The notes below the pieces were generated by a model. That model was not told where the DNA came from. It saw only the letters and a program-made list of their open reading frames with translations, and ran no database searches. 37,679 nucleotides of DNA from a virus (taxonomy: Duplodnaviria; Caudoviricetes). Positions 32,501-37,679 of the stretch are shown piece after piece (within the stretch, counting starts at the first letter, position 1; the number at the start of each line of letters is the position of its first letter). Location of the stretch: positions 1-37,679 of IMG/VR virus record IMGVR_UViG_3300012940_000054; one strand, written 5' to 3'. The translations under genes and the position numbers were made by a program.

Positions 32501-32906
32501 TGCACCTGAGACCCGCGGGGAGATCAACCTGTCGGGCTCCGGCATCTACTACGACGACGTAACAGAAACCCTCGTGGTCAACTGGACGATGGCCGTCCAG
32601 ACCGTCCTCACAAAGCACGCGCGGTACAGCCGCGAGACGAACACGTACAACCTCCGAGACCTCGCAAACCGAGCCCCGCACGCCATGAAGCCGAGCGAGC
32701 TCCTGGATAGTGGGGTCTTGAACCGCCTGCGCGGGCATGGTTTGATGGGCGTCCCGTTGTCCCACCTCACGGGCTACAGGGTTTCGCACATCATCCAGGG
32801 CTTCTACGAGGCCCCTGTCGCCCCGGCGGCTACGCCGGCACCCGCGCCCAACATCATCGAACCCCTCCCCATACCGAGAGCCATGGACGATGCCGACTTC
32901 ACCTGA
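29493..32906 (+). CDS. Primase-helicase: CHC2 zinc finger + TOPRIM + P-loop ATPase
   Basis: CPYHEERTPSF..CYGC; IVEGEFDAL; LVGD..D; ADTRAGKS; CLDEFE. Start (GTG 29493) is approximate. Confidence 0.8.
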   Translation: MSTPKATKPAAPAKITEKQLRRIWSELKPQVLVERLRSQQPSARWTASGSRLSACCPYHEERTPSFHVYLDRGYAKCYGCEKFLTNPVELWAKVRGTGVSEALADLRQQFGLKFLSSAANAQLKNWERNQQLKKKIMAICHDELINAISHPNDPAYASAQPSVKYLLNTRQVPVDALPALPMLGIVPPLARLTQILANEAAEENTRREVDARLNGERVERFTPMDAEAKAYMQEAAGWVGSLIFRLDLAPDVIGRLKLRRPDTKDFLILKDPYEEELGFFGLSWPLYGTLLGSVQQYVPGLYIVEGEFDALSTMARQVQAGGPNFVVVSAGGRGTSNNLDSLRGSGFEEAYLVGDAPDKRGDELIADWLACLKELRSKIFIGHTTFPGCGDPDEAVVSHGLSAYQAVLLDIRNKAYFQTPQEWVYDKASPEIEATDESDIRYRMEIASEWGRLLKNNVECDAYVEFCHKAYGLPTALLKREIVAREEDEPAFILRVASALQQIFYVIGQRSLDNDRRLFLWYKDRRQVVQVSLADDGSCERELGAVLGTNYQLFQERIGVPAFLEPTESQKAKGAYLQELDKKYRWYLRQALIIMANGAPDFDMARHMGQGVHVVRDPQGGSPTIYVVNGKDVYYGTFDAADKLLWKKLDGPSYNGIIFDVGIRHEEPAWLEWIHSVEDLERASSIDLNHAWQRLYNVVESGWRYKNHAISSQFLATHLLASNLCNAFRRQVMVAFHADTRAGKSKMVMGLIGGTQFPRIKLIAGAVGMPDFTAAGIRQRMQNKVRPLCLDEFEDEGTGDKKSRTITETLEMFRNLVGEDNTYTMGSRSGEPVTWRMNFFVFFAAINKARKVQDANRMLTVYMERVDNRPDPVQILMREFGSNYMEQLKRDLSIVLLPHAARIHRVYEEIEKEYGEANAKPSSVDSRIFEALYPTLTLMKMMGMDYHKFVEDFCEANKEILTVSAGHTDSMALFDWLVQSPQLKMRVGDHQDRNDASVLQMLAAPETRGEINLSGSGIYYDDVTETLVVNWTMAVQTVLTKHARYSRETNTYNLRDLANRAPHAMKPSELLDSGVLNRLRGHGLMGVPLSHLTGYRVSHIIQGFYEAPVAPAATPAPAPNIIEPLPIPRAMDDADFT

Positions 32907-35889
32907 CGCGACGGCGCTGCCCGTATGGAAATGCGGGTTGTGCCCCTCACCCAAACCCGCTTCGTGGTGCCAGGGCTGTCCTCGTGAGAAGGGGTGTCGT
33001 GAGACCCCGTTCCACTTCGTGGATGCCCGCCTGGGCTCCGCCGCGGACGTCATCCTGGTAGCCGAGGCGCCGGTCGTTCCGAAGATTTCCTCAGTCGACC
33101 GGCTGCACACGCCTTTCGCCGACGACGCAGGCCAGATCGTCATCAAGGCCATCGAGAGCATCAAGAAGGAGGCCGCGAGCCTCTCCAACCTGAAGGTCCA
33201 CCGTACCTACGCAGTGCTCTGCACCAGCAACCAGGGTGACAAGGAGCCTGCCAAGGCCATCCTCGACCGCTGCAAGGGCTTCCTCCACGGCAGCCTCGCC
33301 AAGTGCACGTCCCTGGCCGGGAAGACCCCGACCATCATCGCGATGGGCATGACCGCGGTGAAGGCGCTCGGCATCAAAGCGGGCTCCCTCAAGGAAGTCC
33401 AGAGCCGCGTCCTCTCCGGTGTTCAGATCGGTGACCAGCTCTACAACGTGGTGGTCACGATCTCGACCAAGCAGCTGGTCGCTATGGCCGGCATGTACAA
33501 CACCTTCTACAACGACCTGCGCCGTGCGATGCAGATCGCTGCCGAGGGTGCGCCCGAGCTCGTTCCGATGGAGGAGCTAACCAAGGGGTACGTCTTCCCG
33601 AAGACGATCGCTGAGGTTCGCGAACTCTGCGAACACATCCTCAGCTACTCCGAGGATGGGAAGCCGCCGGAGAAGTGGTCCATCTCGGTGGACACCGAGA
33701 CGAACACGAAATTTCCTCACCGCGACAAGCTGAAAGTACTCTGCGTCTCGTTCGCGTGGGCGACAGGGAAGGCAGCGGCCATCCCACTCTGGCACGACGA
33801 AACACCGTACGACCCCAACGACGCAATTCCGTACATTCGAGCCCTCCTAGAGTCCAGCAAGCCGAAGATCTTCCAGAACGGTAAGTTCGACCTGAAGGTC
33901 TTCAAGAAGATCGGACTACCGGTCGAGAACTTCGCCTGGGACTCGATGCTCGCCGAGCACGCGCTCGAAGAGGACAAGAAGGGGCAGTACGGCCTCAAGG
34001 AGATGACTCGCGTCAACTTCCCTGAGTTCGCCGGTTACGCCGACGTGCTCCACGCGATGCTCGAGAAGGAGGAGGGTGACTCCCAGCTCGAGAACATCCG
34101 CAAATCGAAGAAGACGGCAGCGGCCGATGACTTCGAAGCGCTCTCCGACAAGCCGAAAAAGAAGAAGCTCACGAAGAAGGAGAAGAAGCAGCAGGACGGT
34201 GGCTTCGAAAAGATCCCGCTTGCGACGCTGCTTCCGTACGCAGCGATCGACACCGACATGACTCGACGCATATCCATCCGGCAAATGCAGCGGATGGTCG
34301 TCGAGGAGAATGTGATCCGGCAGCTGAAGAATATCGAATCTCGGGACAAACGCCGCAGGTACCCGATTCCGGACCTGTGCAAGCTCCCGAACCCGGTGAA
34401 GTCGGTCGCCCAGGCCGCCATCCCTCGGTCCCGGGTGCTCTCCAACATGGAGTTCCGGGGTATTCGGGTCGACCGGCCCTACCTCGAAAAGCTCCAGACC
34501 GACCTGGGTACGGTGGTCAGTGACGCCGAAGAGAAGCTGTACAAGATGGCGCAGAAGCCAGATCTGAAACTGAACCACGCGGCTTCGATCGCCAACATCT
34601 TGTTCTCCGAGGGGTTCATCCACCCGACGACCGGTCAGCGCACGTTCTACCCGCCGGTCTCGTTCACGCAGAAGGGGCAAATCCAGACTACCGAGAAGGT
34701 GATGAAGTTCCTCACCGCTCGATACGAGTGCCCGTTCTCTGCGACAAAGCTGATCTATTCGAAGGCGTACAAGGCCAAGAACACGTTCTGCCAGAACGTG
34801 TGGGATCTGTCTTCGATCGACGGCTTCCTCCACACGAACTACAACGTACACGGAACGAGCACGGGGCGGCTCTCGTCCAACGACGAGAACATGCAGAACA
34901 TCCCGAAGAAGCTCGCGTCGACGAACATCAAGAAGATCTTCATCCCATCGGACGACTCGATGGTGTTCGTGAACGCGGACGCCAAGGCCGCCGAGGTGCG
35001 CATCTTCGCTGCGTACTCCAGGGACAGTGAGCTCATCCAGAGCTTGAACGACGGTCTCGACACCCACGCCTTCTTCGCTGCCAAGATCGTCGAAGCCGTC
35101 CGCCTTGAGGACGGTTCCTACGAGGCTCTGGACAGCATGGGTCTCGATGGCGACCGTCCTCTCACCTACGAAGACTTCCTGAACCGCGACGGAATCAAGC
35201 AGATCGACCCTGTCTACGGCGAGATGCTCGACAAGTTCCGCACCGCCGTGAAGCGCGTCGTGTTCGGGGTGCTCTACGGCGCGCAGTCCAAGAAAATCGC
35301 TGAGACTATTGGTATCAGTCAGAGTCAGGCCCAGTCGATCATCGACATGCTGTTCCGGCTGTTCCCGTCGATCCCTCGATACATCGAGCAGACACACTGG
35401 GAGCTGTCGACCTTCGGCTACGTCGAGACCTACTTCGGCCGGCGTCGTCGCTTCAACGTCAAGGGTGCGTCCGGGTACCTGCGCAGTCGTGCCGAACGCC
35501 AGACCGTAAACTTCAAGATCCAGAGCACCAGCTCCGACATCGTGTTGGACACGCTCGTAGAACTGGAAGGACCGCTGGAACGTGATATGAGGGGGCGCCT
35601 GCTCCTCACCGTACACGACTCCATCGGGTTCGAGATCCCGAAGAGGTACCTCTCCCAGCTGCCCGATTTCGTAAACTACTACTTGGAGAAGAGGGCCTCG
35701 GAGAAGTATCCTTGGCTCCCCGTCGCTTTCAAGTGGGACTTTGAACTCGGCGACAGCTACGGCGAACTGAAGCCGTACGACGCCTACATCCAGAACAAAA
35801 CCATTCAGGAGATCATCAATGAAGCCGCAGAAGCGTACACCGAAGAAGAAGTCCGCACCGAGCTCGCAGACGTCGAAGACGCGGCGTAA
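32890..35889 (+). CDS. Family A DNA polymerase with N-terminal UDG-like domain and 3'-5' exonuclease
   Basis: UDG-like: CGLCP...VILVAEAP...PFADDAG...YAVLC. Exonuclease: DTET, NGKFD, YAAID. Polymerase: TGRLSS, DAKAAEVR, RTAVKRVVFGVLYG, VHDS. Confidence 0.9.
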   Translation: MPTSPDATALPVWKCGLCPSPKPASWCQGCPREKGCRETPFHFVDARLGSAADVILVAEAPVVPKISSVDRLHTPFADDAGQIVIKAIESIKKEAASLSNLKVHRTYAVLCTSNQGDKEPAKAILDRCKGFLHGSLAKCTSLAGKTPTIIAMGMTAVKALGIKAGSLKEVQSRVLSGVQIGDQLYNVVVTISTKQLVAMAGMYNTFYNDLRRAMQIAAEGAPELVPMEELTKGYVFPKTIAEVRELCEHILSYSEDGKPPEKWSISVDTETNTKFPHRDKLKVLCVSFAWATGKAAAIPLWHDETPYDPNDAIPYIRALLESSKPKIFQNGKFDLKVFKKIGLPVENFAWDSMLAEHALEEDKKGQYGLKEMTRVNFPEFAGYADVLHAMLEKEEGDSQLENIRKSKKTAAADDFEALSDKPKKKKLTKKEKKQQDGGFEKIPLATLLPYAAIDTDMTRRISIRQMQRMVVEENVIRQLKNIESRDKRRRYPIPDLCKLPNPVKSVAQAAIPRSRVLSNMEFRGIRVDRPYLEKLQTDLGTVVSDAEEKLYKMAQKPDLKLNHAASIANILFSEGFIHPTTGQRTFYPPVSFTQKGQIQTTEKVMKFLTARYECPFSATKLIYSKAYKAKNTFCQNVWDLSSIDGFLHTNYNVHGTSTGRLSSNDENMQNIPKKLASTNIKKIFIPSDDSMVFVNADAKAAEVRIFAAYSRDSELIQSLNDGLDTHAFFAAKIVEAVRLEDGSYEALDSMGLDGDRPLTYEDFLNRDGIKQIDPVYGEMLDKFRTAVKRVVFGVLYGAQSKKIAETIGISQSQAQSIIDMLFRLFPSIPRYIEQTHWELSTFGYVETYFGRRRRFNVKGASGYLRSRAERQTVNFKIQSTSSDIVLDTLVELEGPLERDMRGRLLLTVHDSIGFEIPKRYLSQLPDFVNYYLEKRASEKYPWLPVAFKWDFELGDSYGELKPYDAYIQNKTIQEIINEAAEAYTEEEVRTELADVEDAA

Positions 35890-36325
35890 GCCCGCCGCCA
35901 AGTCGATCAAGATTCCTGTAGGAGCGCTTCCGATCTACAGCACGACCGCGGGTATGCTCACTGGCCGTGTGGTCGGCGAGACGCCGGACAGCGTTGTGCT
36001 CGAGTGGGCCGCGAACCTCGAGCTCGGCGTAGAGGCTGTCAACGGCGGACAGTCGTTCATCGTCAAGGCCCGCCTCACCGCACCGCTGCTCGTGGGGGAG
36101 GTTTACTTCCTGAACAAGAGTGCGATCCGCGGTACCGCGTATCGGAACGACTCGTGGCTCGTCGACCTCTACGCTCGGTTCGCTGTTCGCGCCGACCGAG
36201 GGGAGTTCGAGCTGAACCCCTACGCACCGCCCGAGACGACCTCCATCGTCCAGGGTGATGGCGCCGTATCCGCCGAAGAGGGTACGGTTGCGACCCTCCA
36301 GCCGGAGGTGGCCTCCAATGGCTGA
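35819..36325 (+). CDS. Hypothetical protein (possible Sm-like fold)
   Basis: Fills the gap between polA and hfq; GMLTGRVVGETPDSVVLEWA loosely resembles an Sm1 motif; start uncertain. Confidence 0.5.
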   Translation: MKPQKRTPKKKSAPSSQTSKTRRKPAAKSIKIPVGALPIYSTTAGMLTGRVVGETPDSVVLEWAANLELGVEAVNGGQSFIVKARLTAPLLVGEVYFLNKSAIRGTAYRNDSWLVDLYARFAVRADRGEFELNPYAPPETTSIVQGDGAVSAEEGTVATLQPEVASNG

Positions 36326-36545
36326 GCCGATGTCCCTCGAGTCACAGCACCTCGATACCCTCGTGAAGAAACAGGTGAAGGTGTTCCTTGTCAGCGGCGT
36401 GTGCCTCCATGGTATGCTGCTGCGTCACGACGACGACGCGATCATCCTCGACGACTCCTCGAAGGAGACGCTCGTCTACAAGGACCACATCACCACGGTT
36501 CACGAGGACAGGTACGATGCCCGTAAGAAACCTGCTGTTCGCTGA
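36318..36545 (+). CDS. hfq: Hfq-like RNA chaperone
   Basis: GGAGG RBS; SLESQHLDTL..VKVFLVSGVCLHG..HDDDAIIL..LVYKDHITTV aligns with Hfq Sm1/Sm2 (YKHAISTV). Confidence 0.8.
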   Translation: MAEPMSLESQHLDTLVKKQVKVFLVSGVCLHGMLLRHDDDAIILDDSSKETLVYKDHITTVHEDRYDARKKPAVR

Positions 36546-37071
36546 TCTCGAGACCACGGGCCTGGATGCGGGCCACCACGAGACGATCGAGGTGGCTCTC
36601 ATCCTCACCAGCCCGGACGGCCGAACCGTACTCGAAGAGTACGTGGCCAAGGTCAAGCCGGAGTTCATCGAGAGGGCGCACTGGAAGGCCCTTCAGGTCA
36701 ACGGTTACACCCCCGAGGAGTGGACCGACGAGACGTGCACTCCGCTCGCCGTGGTAGCTCAGAAGATCGTCGACATGGCGAAGAACGCCACGCTCGTCGC
36801 ACAGAACGTCTCCTTCGACGAATCGTTCCTCACCGCGCTCCTCGCCAAGGCCGGCCTGAAGCCCACGTGGCACTACCACAAGGTGTGCACGATGGTCCTC
36901 GCGTGGCCGCTCTACGCGATGAACAAGATCACGGGTACGAGCCTCGTGTCGCTCTGTGAGTACTTCGGCATCCCCCCGGAGCCGACCGTCCACAGGGCCC
37001 TCAACGGCGCCCGCACCTGTCGCTCGGTCTACCTCGCGGAGATCGAGCACTACATGCGCTCCGCAGCTTGA
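36517..37071 (+). CDS. DEDDh (DnaQ/RNase T-like) 3'-5' exonuclease family protein
   Basis: DLETTG, AQNVSFD, HRALNGA (Gly at the usual ExoIII Asp position). Confidence 0.8.
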   Translation: MPVRNLLFADLETTGLDAGHHETIEVALILTSPDGRTVLEEYVAKVKPEFIERAHWKALQVNGYTPEEWTDETCTPLAVVAQKIVDMAKNATLVAQNVSFDESFLTALLAKAGLKPTWHYHKVCTMVLAWPLYAMNKITGTSLVSLCEYFGIPPEPTVHRALNGARTCRSVYLAEIEHYMRSAA

Positions 37072-37079
37072 GCGCGGCC

Positions 37080-37679
37080 TGACCTTTGCATTGGCTAGCT
37101 GCCGATGGCCGGCGTAACGTCGGCACCAGGACCATCGGACTCTCCCACACCCTGCGAAGCCTAGCTTCTCGGGCATGGGATATGCCCCTACACGCCTGGG
37201 AGCGCATGAATATCGTCGAAGGACCGCGGCTTCGAGCGCCTCGAGGCGGACGGAGCTGCGGAGAACCTAGAAAGGTCAAGATCAAGCAGTAGCGGTTTCA
37301 GTCTCTACCGAGAGTCGGTGAAACGCCGACGTCCAGACCCCGGCCTCGGGGCCCGGAGCTCCGCCCGGCGGTATCAGGGCCACCCGAAGTGAAACCGACC
37401 TCAAGAGTCCAGTACTTTTCCGTAGCAGGTGAAACGCTTGCACTCAGATCGCGGGCTTCGTGGCCCGCGCCCAGGGGACCTGGGTTCGACCAGGGAATCC
37501 CGAAGTGGACTCTCTTCCATCTCTCAGACGCTTTCAAAGCGGCTGGCGCAACGCCAGCATCCCGCGCTTGAGTCGGGTGACCGACCCAGCAGGCGGCCCT
37601 TCAGGCCGGCGGAGAATCCCGAAGTGAGAGATCAGCCGTTCAGCGCAAAAACAAAAAGGCGGCTGGCGCAACGCCAGCA
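37080..37679 (+). ncRNA. Tandem array of at least 5 structurally conserved putative ncRNA units of unknown class; last unit truncated
   Basis: Each complete unit is closed by its own perfect 8 bp helix and contains a variable hairpin stacked on a conserved GGYG-NAA-CGYY hairpin. Units 2-4 end in CCCGAAG before the closing strand. G-U wobbles indicate the plus strand. Confidence 0.7.

Noticed and set aside
14891-35910. Long antisense ORFs (14891-16669, 22847-24151, 25209-26288, 27629-29185, 33916-35910 and similar)
   Set aside because: They mirror well-supported genes on the other strand, which is typical of high-GC coding DNA.
37001-37571. Short ORFs overlapping the terminal array (37001-37285, 37086-37292, 37298-37537, 37389-37571)
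   Set aside because: No recognisable protein features; the base-pairing pattern explains the region better.
37080-37679. CRISPR array, tRNA cluster or hammerhead ribozymes as the explanation for the terminal repeats
   Set aside because: No near-identical repeats with regular spacers. No canonical D, anticodon and T arms (only one GGTTCGA, in U3). GAAAC occurs, but no CUGANGA core was seen.

Overview
GC-rich fragment of a large tailed-phage-like genome with two divergent arms that meet at about 20.7 kb. The left arm (minus strand) is a head-morphogenesis and transcription block. It holds a putative portal, a prohead protease that runs off the window and is missing from the ORF track, a series of hypothetical proteins dotted with K-x-A motifs, an LL-H-type holin and a ferritin-like protein. 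It also encodes a two-barrel RNA polymerase as a beta+beta'N fusion, which carries a LAGLIDADG intein and an inserted inorganic-pyrophosphatase-like domain, plus a separate beta'C gene. The right arm (mostly plus strand) is a replication and regulation block: SNF2 helicase, two PD-(D/E)XK nucleases, ParB, sigma70-like factor, SSB-like protein, primase-helicase, UDG-like/PolA fusion, Hfq and a DEDDh exonuclease. Four signals are not explained by the gene calls: (1) a tandem array of at least 5 sequence-divergent but structurally conserved RNA-like units at 37080-37679, directly after hfq and the exonuclease; (2) the PPase-like domain inside RNAP beta, bracketed by K-x-A motifs; (3) at least six dispersed copies of the palindrome TTTAC-N3-GTAAA, reminiscent of KorB-type ParB operators; (4) a recurrent K-x-A motif that may be the protease cleavage site. 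All calls come from manual motif reading; no searches were run.
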